The notes: a model not told the origin generated them from the sequence alone. Positions 1 through 11,892 are shown, numbered from the stretch's first letter. The stretch: 64,000 nt of DNA from Myxococcota bacterium (GCA_036229005.1 JAZAMN010000030.1:32001-96000), one strand, 5' to 3'. Made by a program: numbers and translations.

Positions 1-466
1 CCCGCGCCCATTCGCCGGGGCCCGGTGGATATCTGCGGGCTGCTGCGGGAGGTGAGCGAGGCCTTCTCCCACGACACCCGCTATGTCACCGCCCGGGTCG
101 TGACGGTGGGGCTCACAGGGGAGCACACCCTGTCCGCAGACGAGGACAAGCTCAAGCAGGCGCTGTGGAACCTGTTGCTGAACGCCGCCCAGCACATGCC
201 CCAGGGGGGCACCATCACCCTGAGCCTGGAGATCGGTGAGTGCGTGGAGATCGGCGTCGAGGACCAGGGGGTGGGCATCCCGGTGGAGCAGCTCCCGCTG
301 ATCTTCGACCCCTTCTTCACCCGCCGCAGCGGGGGCACTGGGCTGGGGCTCTCGGTGGTCGAGCGGGTCGTCCGCGAACACGGGGGCGAGATCGGCGTGA
401 AGAGCCAGGTGGGCGAGGGGACGCGCTTCTGGCTACGCCTGCCCGTGGACGGACTGGAGGCCGCGA

Positions 467-474
<8 letters not shown>
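1..474 (+). CDS. pilS: Sensor histidine kinase PilS-like, C-terminal HATPase part (5' truncated by window edge)
   Basis: N box (LWNLLLNAAQ), G1 (DQGVGI), F box (IFDPFFT), G2 (GTGLGL). Frame is open from base 1. Overlaps the downstream response regulator that precedes pilA. Confidence 0.75.
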
Positions 475-1858
<1,384 letters not shown>

Positions 1859-1860
1859 AG

Positions 1861-1917
1861 TGACGCTCAGCGTCACCTGACAGATTTTGTCACCCCGAGA
1901 GCTGACGCTCAGCGTCA
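1861..1917. promoter_or_regulatory. Three TGAC-N7-GTCA palindromes, putative PilR enhancer sites
   Basis: TGACGCTCAGCGTCA at 1861-1875 and 1903-1917, TGACAGATTTTGTCA at 1878-1892, all upstream of a sigma54 promoter. Confidence 0.7.
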
Positions 1918-1958
1918 CCTGCGGCACATAGAGGCCCGTATACGGGGGATCGGAAAGT

Positions 1959-1974
1959 TGGCACGGACCTTGAA
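1959..1974 (+). promoter_or_regulatory. Sigma54 (-24/-12) promoter of pilA
   Basis: TGGCAC-GGACC-TTGAA versus consensus TGGCAC-N5-TTGCW (one mismatch at -12). Confidence 0.75.
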
Positions 1975-2024
1975 TCGTTTCCTGGCGTCAACAAAGACTG
2001 CGAACCCCCACCGGAGTACCTGCC

Positions 2025-2483
2025 ATGTTCAAGAAGGGCTTTACCCTCGTCGAGCTGATGATCGTCGTCGCCATCATCGGCATCCTGGCCGCAATCGCCA
2101 TCCCGAACTTCATCGAGATGCAGTACCGCGCCAAGCGCTCCGAGGTCCCCTCCAACGTGAAGGGCATCAAGACCGCCGAGCTCGGCTACGACGCCGCGTT
2201 CGACACCTTCGTGCAGGCGACCGCGCACCCCACCTCCACCGCCTCCAAGCAGCAGGTGGACTGGGCCGGCGGCAACGCTGACTTCCAGAAGCTGGGCTGG
2301 GCTCCCGACGGCAAGGTGCGCGGTGTGTACACCGTGACCACCACCGCCGCTGGTGGCGGCTCCGCGGGTGGTGACTTCACCGTCACCGGTACCTGCGACG
2401 TCGACGGTGACGGCGTGATCGCACAGTACACCGCCACCAAGTCGGTGAACGCCACCTTCAACAACAACAACGACACCTACTGA
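2025..2483 (+). CDS. pilA: Type IVa major pilin
   Basis: Class III signal KKG|FTLVELMIVVAIIGILAAIAIPNF with E5. Strongly biased codon usage. Confidence 0.93.
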   Translation: MFKKGFTLVELMIVVAIIGILAAIAIPNFIEMQYRAKRSEVPSNVKGIKTAELGYDAAFDTFVQATAHPTSTASKQQVDWAGGNADFQKLGWAPDGKVRGVYTVTTTAAGGGSAGGDFTVTGTCDVDGDGVIAQYTATKSVNATFNNNNDTY

Positions 2484-2510
2484 GTCGTTGCGGTTGACCC
2501 CCTCGGGGGT

Positions 2511-2547
2511 GCAGAAAAGGGCAGGCCTTCGGGTCTGCCCTTCCTGC
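2511..2547 (+). terminator. Stem-loop after pilA (terminator or mRNA stabiliser)
   Basis: GCAGAAAAGGGCAGGCC-TTCG-GGTCTGCCCTTCCTGC with a cUUCGg loop. U-tract is weak. Confidence 0.6.
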
Positions 2548-2585
2548 TCTGGGGCCCGAGACCCCGCCTGCTGTAGGCTGCCCGG

Positions 2586-4250
2586 ATGAAGCGAGACCGG
2601 ACCCTGTGGGCCTTCGGGGCCATCTGCCTGCTCCTGAGCGTCAGCTACGGCTCGCTGGCCTGGGCGGGCTTTGTGTTCGACGACTTCCCGCTGGTCGTCA
2701 ACAACACGATGATCCGGGACCTGGGCAACCTGGGCCTCTTCTTCCGCACCGACCTCTGGGCCGGCGCCGACGTCGAGGTGGCCTCCGGCTACTACAGGCC
2801 CCTGGTGATCACCTCGCTGGCTGTGGACTACGCCCTCTTCGGCGATTGGGCCGGCGGATACCACCTGCAGTCCCTGTTCTGGCACCTCTGCGGCTGCGTG
2901 CTGCTCCTGGCGCTGCTGCGCCGCTGGGTCCACCCGCTGGCCGCTTTGGTCGGCGCCGCACTCTTCGCCCTCCACCCCCTGCAATCCGAGGCGGTGGCCT
3001 GGATCGCCGCCCGCAACGACGTCATGGTCGCCGCGTTCGCCCTGGGGAGTCTGCTGGCCCTCGAAGGGGAGCGCCCCGGCCCCTGGCGCCTCGCGCTCGG
3101 TGGCACACTGGGCCTGTGCGCGCTGCTCAGCAAGGAGAGCGCGGTCCTGCTGCCGCTGATGGTCCTGGGCGCCGATCTGGCCTTCCACCGGCGCTTCTCC
3201 CACTGGAGCAAGTGGGTGGCCTTGGGGGGCGCCGCTGCGGTCTACCTGCTCTTGCGCAGTCAGGCGGAGCTCAGCCTGGAGGCCGGCCCCGACCGGGCGC
3301 TCATCCTGGCCGCCATCCAGAGCGCCCCCCGGATCGCTGGGCACTACGGCCTGCGCGTGCTCAGCCCCTACCCGCTCAGCGTCGGCGCAACCTTGGAGTA
3401 CCTGCGGCCTTGGGTCTCCATCTCCAGCATCGCCGTGCTCGGCGTCTCGGGGCTGCTGCTCTGGCGCGGCGGGCGCAAGGCCGCCTACGGCCTGGGCTGG
3501 ATGCTGCTCTTCTTCGCCCCCGCCGTCCTGGCCATCTCCTTCCGGGCCCAGCTCGGCGAGCGCTACATGTACCTGCCGCTGGCCGGTCTGGGGGTGGCGC
3601 TGGCCGCCGTGCTCCCCCAGGACAGGCGCCTCTGGCTGGCGGTGGGCGCCCTGGTCCTCCTGCACTTGGCCATCGTCCCCATGCGCCTTCTGGACTGGCG
3701 GGACAACGAGGCGCTCTGGGGGGCCGCCGTTCGCAGCGACCCCAACGGCTACAGCTACGCCGGGCTGGCCCACGTCTACAACCACCAGGGGCGGGTGGAC
3801 GAGGCCGCGCACTACTTCCACGCCGCCCTGGAAGAGGAGCCTCCCTACACCGAGTTCTGCAACAACGCGGTCAGCCTGGGGCTCAACAACGGACGCCTGG
3901 ACATCGCCTACCGGGGGGCCTTTCTGGTCGGTCAGAACTGCCCGGACAGCATCGAGAACCTGGGCCTGGTGGCCACTGCCCGGCTCATGGCTGGGGACAT
4001 CGCCGGGGCCGACTCCGCGCTGGACCGCTGGGGGGGCAGCGAGCCCGACGAGCGCCTGGAGCTCGCCGCAGCGGCCAGGGCCTTGATGGAGGGGGAGGCG
4101 GCGCGCTACGACGCACTGGTCGGGGCCAACCCCCAGGACCCCGCGTTCGCCGACAAGGCCCAGGAGCTGGCGTCCATGGCCGAGGACAACCGGGATCAGG
4201 ACGCCTACCGCGCGCAGCTTCGGGGTGAGCCGACGCCGGGGGTGCCGTGA
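2586..4250 (+). CDS. GT-C fold membrane glycosyltransferase with C-terminal TPR (TMTC/DUF1736-like)
   Basis: Motifs FVFDD, YYRPL, HPLQSEAVAWIAARND, SKESAV, ERYMYLP. Many TM segments and a TPR-like tail. Confidence 0.75.
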   Translation: MKRDRTLWAFGAICLLLSVSYGSLAWAGFVFDDFPLVVNNTMIRDLGNLGLFFRTDLWAGADVEVASGYYRPLVITSLAVDYALFGDWAGGYHLQSLFWHLCGCVLLLALLRRWVHPLAALVGAALFALHPLQSEAVAWIAARNDVMVAAFALGSLLALEGERPGPWRLALGGTLGLCALLSKESAVLLPLMVLGADLAFHRRFSHWSKWVALGGAAAVYLLLRSQAELSLEAGPDRALILAAIQSAPRIAGHYGLRVLSPYPLSVGATLEYLRPWVSISSIAVLGVSGLLLWRGGRKAAYGLGWMLLFFAPAVLAISFRAQLGERYMYLPLAGLGVALAAVLPQDRRLWLAVGALVLLHLAIVPMRLLDWRDNEALWGAAVRSDPNGYSYAGLAHVYNHQGRVDEAAHYFHAALEEEPPYTEFCNNAVSLGLNNGRLDIAYRGAFLVGQNCPDSIENLGLVATARLMAGDIAGADSALDRWGGSEPDERLELAAAARALMEGEAARYDALVGANPQDPAFADKAQELASMAEDNRDQDAYRAQLRGEPTPGVP

Positions 4251-5155
4251 AGACCCAGGCGCTCGCGCTCGCGATCGCGGTGTCTGCGGCTAGCCTCGCG
4301 CACCTCGCCCAGCGCCGCATCGATCCGCTGCGACGACAGGCCCAGGACCGCAGCGACAGGGACGCGGTGGCCTCGGGGGAGCTCGTGCGGGTCGCCGCCT
4401 CGGGCTCGGAGCTGCTGGTCGCGGACGTCATGTGGGTGCGCGCGGTCCTGGCCTTCGGAGAGGGCTTCCAGGAGCAGGGCCTGAGCGCCCCCGGCTGGTC
4501 CACCTGGTTCGCGGGGACCCTCGACGCTGTCACCACCCTCGATCCCACCTGGGCCACCCCCTACATCTGGGGCGGCATGATGCTCGAGGTCGCCGAAGAC
4601 CCCCGCGCCGCCGCCGGGATCTACCGCCGCGGCGCCGCCAACCTGCCCGACGACTACCGCTTCTGGTTCAACCTGGGCATGCTCGAGTACTTCCAGTTCG
4701 ACGATCCCCAGGCGGCCGCCGGCTACATGAAGCGGGCCTCCGAGTGTCCGGGCGCACCCGGCTGGTTCGCCAACGCCGCGGTGGCCTACGGCTCCGAGCG
4801 GGAGACCCGGCAGGCCGCCCTGACCTACCTGCGGCAGGAGCTGGAGAGCACCGCCGACCCTGACCTGCGCTCCGACATCCAGGCCCGCATCGCCAAGCTG
4901 GAGCACGAGATCCTGGCCGCGGACATCAACCAGGTGCGCGCACAACTCGAGGCACAGCTCGGCCGCAGCCTGAGCTCGCCCCAGGAGCTCGTCGACCGCA
5001 CCGGGACACCCCTCCCGCCGGACCCCTTGGAGGGGGAGTGGATCCTCGACGTGGACGGCGAGATCCGCTCCTCTGTGCACGCCGAACTCCTGCGCGATGC
5101 GGCGCTCAAGGGCGCGCGCGGCATCCTCACCAGCCCCCGGATCCAGGCCCGGTGA
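4247..5155 (+). CDS. Pilus accessory TPR-like protein (myxobacterial PilG-like)
   Basis: N-terminal hydrophobic anchor, [14 protein letters not shown] and TPR helices. Position downstream of pilA with GTGA overlap. Confidence 0.55.
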   Translation: MKTQALALAIAVSAASLAHLAQRRIDPLRRQAQDRSDRDAVASGELVRVAASGSELLVADVMWVRAVLAFGEGFQEQGLSAPGWSTWFAGTLDAVTTLDPTWATPYIWGGMMLEVAEDPRAAAGIYRRGAANLPDDYRFWFNLGMLEYFQFDDPQAAAGYMKRASECPGAPGWFANAAVAYGSERETRQAALTYLRQELESTADPDLRSDIQARIAKLEHEILAADINQVRAQLEAQLGRSLSSPQELVDRTGTPLPPDPLEGEWILDVDGEIRSSVHAELLRDAALKGARGILTSPRIQAR

Positions 5156-5706
5156 GCAGCCGCCTGGTCGTCGTCGGTCTGGGCTCCAGCAGCGCCCGCG
5201 GGGAGGAGATCCTGCGCCTCGCTGTGCGGGTCCTGGACGCCCGGGTCGGGGTGGAGGCCTGCTCGCGCATCTACAGGTCTCCGCCCGCCGGGGGCGTCGC
5301 CCAGCGCTGGTTCTGGAATGCGGCGGTGCTCGTGCGGGCGCCGGTACACCCCCTGCTCACCCTGGTGCAGTCCATCGAGCGGGACTTTGGGCGCCGGCGA
5401 GGTCCCCGGTTTGGCGATCGCGTCCTGGACCTGGACCTGCTGTGGAGCCCGGGCCTGGTCTGCGAGCACCCCGATCTCAGCCTGCCTCACCCGCGCCTCG
5501 CCGAGCGGGATTTTGCTCTGGGGCCCCTGCTGGATCTGGTGCCCAAGGCGGTGGATCCCAGGACCTCCCAGCGCTACGCAGCCCTCCCTCGACCCCTCCC
5601 CAGAGCGCTGCCTGTGGGCGTGCTGCCAAAGGCCGGGATCCCCCTTGCCCGGGGCATGGGTGCGGCATACGCGCACACCACCTTGCCAGAGAGAGGCCCG
5701 GCCACC
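5152..5706 (+). CDS. folK: 2-amino-4-hydroxy-6-hydroxymethyldihydropteridine diphosphokinase domain (no stop; in frame with transaldolase)
   Basis: [22 protein letters not shown] and [29 protein letters not shown] start overlaps the upstream TGA. Confidence 0.8.
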
Positions 5707-6402
5707 ATGAAGTTCTTCATCGATACCGCGAACCTGGACGAGATCCGCACCGCAGCCCGCTGGGGGATCATCGACGGCGTGACCACCAACCCCTCGCTGA
5801 TCGCAAAGGAGGGGCGGGACTTCATCGAGACCATCGCCGAGATCTGCGAGCTCGTGGACGGCCCTGTCTCCGCTGAGGTCGTCGCTGACCACGCCGACGA
5901 CATGGTCAAGCAGGGTGAGCTGCTCGCCCGCGTGCACGACAACGTCGTGGTCAAGGTCCCCCTGACCCAGGAGGGCATCGTCGCGACCTCCCGCCTCAGC
6001 GCCCAGGGCATCAAGACCAACGTCACCCTCTGCTTCCAGCCCGTGCAGGCCCTGCTGGCCGCCAAGGCCGGCGCCACGTACATCTCGCCCTTCATCGGCC
6101 GCATCGACGATGTGGGTCGCGACGGCATGTCCATGATCGAGGAGATCGTGGCCATCTACGACAACTACCCGGACCTGGAGACCCAGATCCTGGCCGCGTC
6201 CGTGCGCCACCCCCAGCACGTCCTGCAGGCCGCACTGGCCGGCGCTCACGTCGCCACCATCCCCTTCGGCGTGCTCAGCAAGCTCTTCGGTCACCCCCTG
6301 ACCGACAAGGGCAACGCCGCCTTCAACCAGGCCTGGGAGGGGGTGCCCGATCGGGACATCGTCAAGCAGGTCAGCGCCTGGCTGGAGAAGAACGAGCGCT
6401 GA
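5707..6402 (+). CDS. fsa: Transaldolase / fructose-6-phosphate aldolase
   Basis: [50 protein letters not shown]. Own ATG with purine-rich RBS (GAGAGAGG). Confidence 0.9.
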   Translation: MKFFIDTANLDEIRTAARWGIIDGVTTNPSLIAKEGRDFIETIAEICELVDGPVSAEVVADHADDMVKQGELLARVHDNVVVKVPLTQEGIVATSRLSAQGIKTNVTLCFQPVQALLAAKAGATYISPFIGRIDDVGRDGMSMIEEIVAIYDNYPDLETQILAASVRHPQHVLQAALAGAHVATIPFGVLSKLFGHPLTDKGNAAFNQAWEGVPDRDIVKQVSAWLEKNER

Positions 6403-6434
6403 GCTTGCCGCCCCAGCGGCTCCCCCTTAGTCAA

Positions 6435-6452
6435 TGAATGAATACTCATTCA
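6435..6452. promoter_or_regulatory. FadR (YsiA-type) operator
   Basis: Palindrome TGAATGAATACTCATTCA matches the Bacillus FadR box TGAATGANTANTCATTCA. Lies upstream of TetR-etfB-etfA. Confidence 0.8.
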
Positions 6453-6466
6453 GAGGTCTGGAGTCT

Positions 6467-7075
6467 GTGGGTAGGGCCGAAGCCAGGAAGAGTGAAAAGC
6501 GCGGTCGCATCACCGAGGCCGCCATCGCCGTGTTCGCCGAGCGGGGCTTCCACGTCGCTCGCGTGAGCGACATCGCCAGGCGCGCGGGCGTCGCCGACGG
6601 CACCATCTACCTGTACTTCAAGAACAAGGAGGATCTGCTCCTCTCCATCTTCGAGGAGCAGATGGACCGGCTCAGCTCTGGGCTGGCCGAGGTGCTGGAG
6701 GGCGTGGACGACCCCCGGGAGCGCATCCGCCGCTTCGCCAGCTACCACTTCGAGATGGTGCGTGAGCACCGCAACGTCGCCGAGGTCCTGCAGGTCGAGC
6801 TCCGGCTCTCGACCAAGTTCATCAAGGACTACCGGCCGCAGAAGCTCTGGGACTACCTCGGCGTGTTCGCTGACTGTGTGCGCCAGGGCCAGGAGCAGGG
6901 GCTCATCCGACCCGAGGTCGACCCCTTCTCCACCATGTGGGCCTTCTTCGGGGCCCTCGACCAGATCGGTATGCAGTGGGTCCTGGCCCGCAAGAAGCAA
7001 AAGTTCAACCTGGACAAAGCAGCCTTGGATGTCGCGGAGATCTTCATCCGTGGCATGGCCGTGGAGTCCACCTGA
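6467..7075 (+). CDS. fadR: TetR-family fatty-acid metabolism regulator (FadR/YsiA-like)
   Basis: HTH IARRAGVADGTIYLYFKNKEDLL. GTG at 6467 preferred because the ATG at 6434 lies on the operator. Confidence 0.75.
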   Translation: MGRAEARKSEKRGRITEAAIAVFAERGFHVARVSDIARRAGVADGTIYLYFKNKEDLLLSIFEEQMDRLSSGLAEVLEGVDDPRERIRRFASYHFEMVREHRNVAEVLQVELRLSTKFIKDYRPQKLWDYLGVFADCVRQGQEQGLIRPEVDPFSTMWAFFGALDQIGMQWVLARKKQKFNLDKAALDVAEIFIRGMAVEST

Positions 7076-7114
7076 GAGTGCGGCCTGTGGCCGCGACAAC
7101 CCAATGGAGGCACC

Positions 7115-7903
7115 GTGAAGATCGGCGTTCTGCTCAAGCAGGTCCCCGCCTCTGATTCCCGCATCAAGATCAACGGGGATCAGTCCGGCATCGTGACCGA
7201 CGACATCAAGTGGGAGATCAACCCCTACGACGAGTTCGCCCTGGAGGCCGGCATCCAGCTCAAGGAAGCCAAGGTCGCCGACAGCCTGGTCCTGATCACC
7301 ATGGGTGACAAGGACGCCGAGGCTCGGGTCAAGGACGGTCTGGCCCGCGCGGTCAAGGCCAAGCCCGAGGCCATCCGCGTGGACGCTGGCGACTTCGCCG
7401 GCGCCGACTCCCTGGGTGTCGCCAAGGCCCTGGCCGCTGCCATCAAGAAGGCCGGCATCGACCTGGTCCTCACCGGCAAGCAGGCCATCGACAACGACAA
7501 CGCCCAGGTGCCCGCGATGCTCGCGGAGCTGCTGGACCTCCCCCAGATCACCCAGGTCGAGAAGCTGGAGGTCACCGCTGACGGTGTGACCGCCCACCGC
7601 GTCATGGGTGGCGGCCAGGTCGACGTGGTCAAGGCGCCCGTGAACGCCGTCGTGACCTGCGACAAGGGCCTCAACGAGCCCCGCTTCGCCTCCCTGCCCG
7701 GCATCATGAAGGCCAAGCGCGCCAAGATCGCCGTCTGGGGCGCTGGCGACCTGGGCGTGGACGCTGGCGCTGCGCTGGTCACCGAGAGTGACTACCGCGA
7801 GCCCCCCGCCCGCCCCGCTGGTCAGATCATCGAGGGTGCCTCCGTCGCGGAGAAGGTCGACAAGCTCGTCAACCTGCTCCAGAACGAGGCCAAGGTTCTC
7901 TGA
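7115..7903 (+). CDS. etfB: Electron transfer flavoprotein beta subunit
   Basis: KQVP, INPYDEFALE, GKQAID, NEPRFASLPGIMKAK. Confidence 0.93.
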   Translation: MKIGVLLKQVPASDSRIKINGDQSGIVTDDIKWEINPYDEFALEAGIQLKEAKVADSLVLITMGDKDAEARVKDGLARAVKAKPEAIRVDAGDFAGADSLGVAKALAAAIKKAGIDLVLTGKQAIDNDNAQVPAMLAELLDLPQITQVEKLEVTADGVTAHRVMGGGQVDVVKAPVNAVVTCDKGLNEPRFASLPGIMKAKRAKIAVWGAGDLGVDAGAALVTESDYREPPARPAGQIIEGASVAEKVDKLVNLLQNEAKVL

Positions 7904-7948
7904 ACCTGCCCACCCTTCAACGCACTTTCGTCCAAAGGACAAGAAATC

Positions 7949-8899
7949 ATGGCTGGAATTCTCGTTTTCAGTGAGCACGAGGGCGGGCAGATCAAGAAGA
8001 CCGCCTTCGAGCTGATCGCCAAGGCCGCCTCCCTGGGCATGGGCCCCGTGTCCGCCGTCGTCGTCGGCGATGTCGACACCGCCGCCCTGGGCACCTACGG
8101 CGCCACCACCGTGTACAAGGTGGCCGGCGACTTCTCGAGCTACACCACCGGTGCCTACGCCAAGGCCCTGGCGGCGGTCATCGAGAAGGCGGACCCCGCA
8201 GTGGTGCTCGGCGCCGCGAGCGCGGTGGGCAAGGACCTCTTCCCCCGCGTGGGTGCCCGCATCGGCGCCGGCGTCGTGACCGAGGCCACCGACCTGATCG
8301 CTCAGGACGGCGGGCTGGTCGCGCACCGCCCCATCTACGCCGGCAAGGCCTTCGTGACCGCCAAGGTCAACGGCCGCGCCCTGATCACCGTGCGTCCGAA
8401 CTCCTTCGGCGCTCCCGAGGCTGGCGCTGGCAGCGCTGAGGTCGTCGCTGTGGACGCTGGCATCAGCGCCGCCGACTCCAAGGTGCAGGTGGTGGAGTCC
8501 ATCAAGAGCACCGCCACCGTCGCCGACCTGACCGAGGCTGACCGCATCGTGTCCGCCGGCCGCTCCATCAAGAGCGCCGAGCAGTACGACGCCGTCGTGC
8601 GCCCCCTGGCCGCCACCATCGGCGCCACCCCCGGTGCCTCCCGTGCCGCCGTGGACGCTGGCTATGCGCCCCACAGCCACCAGGTCGGTCAGACCGGCAA
8701 GGTCGTCAACCCCAACCTCTACATCGCCCTGGGCATCAGCGGCGCCATCCAGCACCTCGCTGGCATGCGCACCTCCAAGGTCATCGTGGCGGTGAACAAG
8801 GACCCCGAGGCCCCCATCTTCGCCCACGCCACCTACGGCCTGGTCGACGATCTCTTCGAGGTCGCTCCCGCCCTCCAGGCCAAGCTCGCGTCTCTCTGA
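7949..8899 (+). CDS. etfA: Electron transfer flavoprotein alpha subunit
   Basis: [45 protein letters not shown]. Confidence 0.95.
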   Translation: MAGILVFSEHEGGQIKKTAFELIAKAASLGMGPVSAVVVGDVDTAALGTYGATTVYKVAGDFSSYTTGAYAKALAAVIEKADPAVVLGAASAVGKDLFPRVGARIGAGVVTEATDLIAQDGGLVAHRPIYAGKAFVTAKVNGRALITVRPNSFGAPEAGAGSAEVVAVDAGISAADSKVQVVESIKSTATVADLTEADRIVSAGRSIKSAEQYDAVVRPLAATIGATPGASRAAVDAGYAPHSHQVGQTGKVVNPNLYIALGISGAIQHLAGMRTSKVIVAVNKDPEAPIFAHATYGLVDDLFEVAPALQAKLASL

Positions 8900-9021
8900 G
8901 ATTCGGCTTCGCCCGCGCAGGATCGTCCAGTAGGGCCATCCTGACGACAACTTCGCGCCCCGTGTCGCTCCAAGTGGCGGCCCGGGGCGCGTTGCTATAG
9001 TGGGGCGGCTCCGTTTCGCCC

Positions 9022-11892
9022 GTGAGCCGCACCATTTCCTCCTCCGATCCCAGCACTGACGCCTCCTGGTTGGACGCCTCCCTCGAGATCCTCATGGATC
9101 GCGGTGAGCCCCGCTCCGTGGTGCGGATCGTGGAGCGCTGGGCCACCTCGGGTGAGCCCACCACGCACGCGCTGCTGCTCCAGGCCCAGGCCTTCCTTCA
9201 GCTCAACCTGATGGACCGCGCCTGGGTGCGCCTCAAGGAGGTCGGCGAGCGCGAGCCTGAGAACGTCCAGGCCTTGTTGCTCACCGCCCAGATGTTCATC
9301 GAGCGCGGCTGGCCGCTGCGGGCGCGCAAGCTGTTGGCCCGGGTGGAGGACGACTCCGAGCTCGCCCAGCACCTGCGCGCCGCCGCCGAGCAACCGGCCC
9401 TGGCTCCCCCCAAGCAGGCCCGCGAGATCGAGGCTGAAGGCACCCCCCAGCAGCAGCTTGAGCTGGCCGAGCGCTTCATGGCCGCGGGCACCTTCCTGCG
9501 CGCCAAGTCCATCCTGGAGCGCCTGCGCCGCAAGGGAGGCCCCACCGAGCCCCGCGCGGAGCTCCTGCTCTGGGCGCTTGGCGGCGGCTTCGTCAACGAG
9601 GGCGGGGACCCTGGCGCGCTGCTCCTGGAGCTGGCCCCCGAGCTCGAGGGTGTGGACGAGTCCAACACCCTGGACCGCGAGTCCACCTTCGACGAGCCCT
9701 TCGGAGAGGGGGAGGTCACCTCCACCGGCCTCGCCCAGGAGGAGAGCGGCGGCTCCGACGAGGGCTTCCCGGCGCTCTTCCGGCGGGCGGAGCTCCCCCG
9801 GGACCACAACACCACCGAGGAGGTCACCGCGGTCAGCGGGTTGGCCTCGCCGGCGGAGCTCCAGCACAGAGATCCGACCGAGGAGACCTACTCCGGCGGT
9901 GGGGGAATCGTCTCCGGCGACACCCAGATCATGATGGTCATCCGCAAGGACGGCCAGCAGGAGGACGCCGAAGGCGAGCACCACACCCTGGGACAGGAGG
10001 ACGACGGACTGCGGGAGACCCTCAACCTGCGGGACTACCTCAGCCACATGGGCATGGACCCAGCGCTCTCCGATCTGGACGGCGACGAGGTCGACCTGGA
10101 GGAGGAGGACGATGACCTGATCGTCGTCACCCGCCGCGAGCGCCCCACCCGCGAGCCCACCGAGGAGCTCGATCTCGACCAGCCCGTACAGGTCGTCGAG
10201 AAGCCCCTGACCCCCATCCATCCCCCCGAGCTGCTTGAGGAGGATGAGGAGCGGACCATCGGCGCGCCGGCGCCGGCCATCCGGCCCCGGGATCCGGAGC
10301 CCACCTCCTCGGACCCCGTGGCTGACGCCCCCCTCGAGCCCCAGTCCGCCGACGAGGGCAGGCTGAGCCGCTGGCTGGGCCTGGCGATCATCGCGCTGGT
10401 GCTCCTGGTCGTGGCCGCCGTCACTGGCGTGTTCGTGAGCCAGCGGCTGGCGTCCAACGCGGTCGTCGACCACGCCCTCCAGGTCGTCGCCACCGCGGAT
10501 CAGCGCGCCCTCCAGGAGCTCGAGGCCAGCCTGGAGAGCCAGCTCGCCGAGCACCCCCAGGATGGGGCGCTGCAGGCCAGCTACGCGCTGGTGGAGCTGG
10601 TTCTGTGGCGCGAGTTCACCGGGGACCCGGTGCGGCTGGAGCAGGGCTCGGCCGCCGCCGCCGCAGCGGCCCAGCTCAAGGGCGGCGGCGAGCCGATGGC
10701 CCTGGCCTACGCCTACCGGGCCTTGGCGCAGGGCGACCTGGAGACCGCCGCACAGAACCTGGAGGCCGCCGGGGACTCGGCCGAGGCCAAGGCTGTCGCG
10801 GCCATGATCGCCTTGGAAGCGGACCAGCCTGCAGAGGCCGTCCAGCGCTCCCGCGAGGCCCTGGCCCTCTCGGACGCTCCCCGCTACCACCAGATGCTGG
10901 CCCAGAGCTGCCTTGAGGCTGGGGACCAGCCCTGCGCCCAGGCGCAGCTCGCGGGCATGGGGGAGGGCGCCTCGGCGCAGCTCATGGCCCTCCGCGTCCA
11001 GGACCAGGGCAGCGCGGAGCAGCGCCTGGAACAGGTCGAAGCGCTGCTCGAAGGTCCGCTCCCCTTGCGGGTCGCCAGCGACGCTCAGCTCCTGCGTAGC
11101 GAGCTCCTGGTCGAGCTGGACCGGCCCGAGGGTGCTCTGCTTGCCCTCCACGAGGCGCTGCGCGAGGACCTGGACAACCCCGAGCTCCTGCTGCATCGCG
11201 CCGCGCTGGAGGCCTCGCTGGGACGACAGCGCCGCGCACTGGCCGCGCTGGAGCGCGCCGCCCGGGTGCGCCCCCTGGACATGGAGCTGCACACCGCGCG
11301 GGTGGCGGTGCTCCTGGAGCTCGACCGGGTCGAGTCTGCGAGCGAGCTCGTCCAGGCCCTCCCGGAGGCCCCCCGAAAGCAGGTCCTGCAGGCCTGGGTG
11401 GCGCAGGCGGAGGGAGGGGAGCCCGCCGCAGATCTGCAGGATTCCACCGACCCTCTGGCTCAGTATGTCCTCGCTTGGGGGCAGGGGGCGCAGAGGGGGG
11501 AGTCGGCCAAGGAGCTGGAGGGTGTGGCCCAGCAGCTTCGGGCCAGCGACGAGCCCTTCCTCTCCCGCCTCGCAGGTCCGGTGGAGGCCCTCGCGGCCCT
11601 GCGCTCCGGGGGCGAGACCCAGCAGGCGATCCTGCGGGACAGCAGCGATCCCTTGGCCTTGCTCGCCTTGGCCCAGGCGGTGTCCGAGGACCAGCCCCAG
11701 CTCGCCGCAGGTCTGCTCGACCGCTGCACCGAGTCCGCCGGCGCGCTGGCCCGGGCGCACTACGAGCGGGGGCGGGTGTACAAGCTTCTGGGCAGGGAAT
11801 CGGAGTCCCGGGTCAGCCTGCGGGCCTACCTGGAGCTCTCGCCGGACGGCCCACGGGCGGTACAGGCCCGAGGCCAGTTGGCGCGTCGCTGA
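9022..11892 (+). CDS. Bitopic TPR protein with a long acidic linker
   Basis: N-terminal TPR-like helices, D/E/P-rich middle, one TM (WLGLAIIALVLLVVAAVTGVFV), C-terminal TPR-like repeats ending YLELSPDGPRAVQAR. Confidence 0.65.
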   Translation: MSRTISSSDPSTDASWLDASLEILMDRGEPRSVVRIVERWATSGEPTTHALLLQAQAFLQLNLMDRAWVRLKEVGEREPENVQALLLTAQMFIERGWPLRARKLLARVEDDSELAQHLRAAAEQPALAPPKQAREIEAEGTPQQQLELAERFMAAGTFLRAKSILERLRRKGGPTEPRAELLLWALGGGFVNEGGDPGALLLELAPELEGVDESNTLDRESTFDEPFGEGEVTSTGLAQEESGGSDEGFPALFRRAELPRDHNTTEEVTAVSGLASPAELQHRDPTEETYSGGGGIVSGDTQIMMVIRKDGQQEDAEGEHHTLGQEDDGLRETLNLRDYLSHMGMDPALSDLDGDEVDLEEEDDDLIVVTRRERPTREPTEELDLDQPVQVVEKPLTPIHPPELLEEDEERTIGAPAPAIRPRDPEPTSSDPVADAPLEPQSADEGRLSRWLGLAIIALVLLVVAAVTGVFVSQRLASNAVVDHALQVVATADQRALQELEASLESQLAEHPQDGALQASYALVELVLWREFTGDPVRLEQGSAAAAAAAQLKGGGEPMALAYAYRALAQGDLETAAQNLEAAGDSAEAKAVAAMIALEADQPAEAVQRSREALALSDAPRYHQMLAQSCLEAGDQPCAQAQLAGMGEGASAQLMALRVQDQGSAEQRLEQVEALLEGPLPLRVASDAQLLRSELLVELDRPEGALLALHEALREDLDNPELLLHRAALEASLGRQRRALAALERAARVRPLDMELHTARVAVLLELDRVESASELVQALPEAPRKQVLQAWVAQAEGGEPAADLQDSTDPLAQYVLAWGQGAQRGESAKELEGVAQQLRASDEPFLSRLAGPVEALAALRSGGETQQAILRDSSDPLALLALAQAVSEDQPQLAAGLLDRCTESAGALARAHYERGRVYKLLGRESESRVSLRAYLELSPDGPRAVQARGQLARR

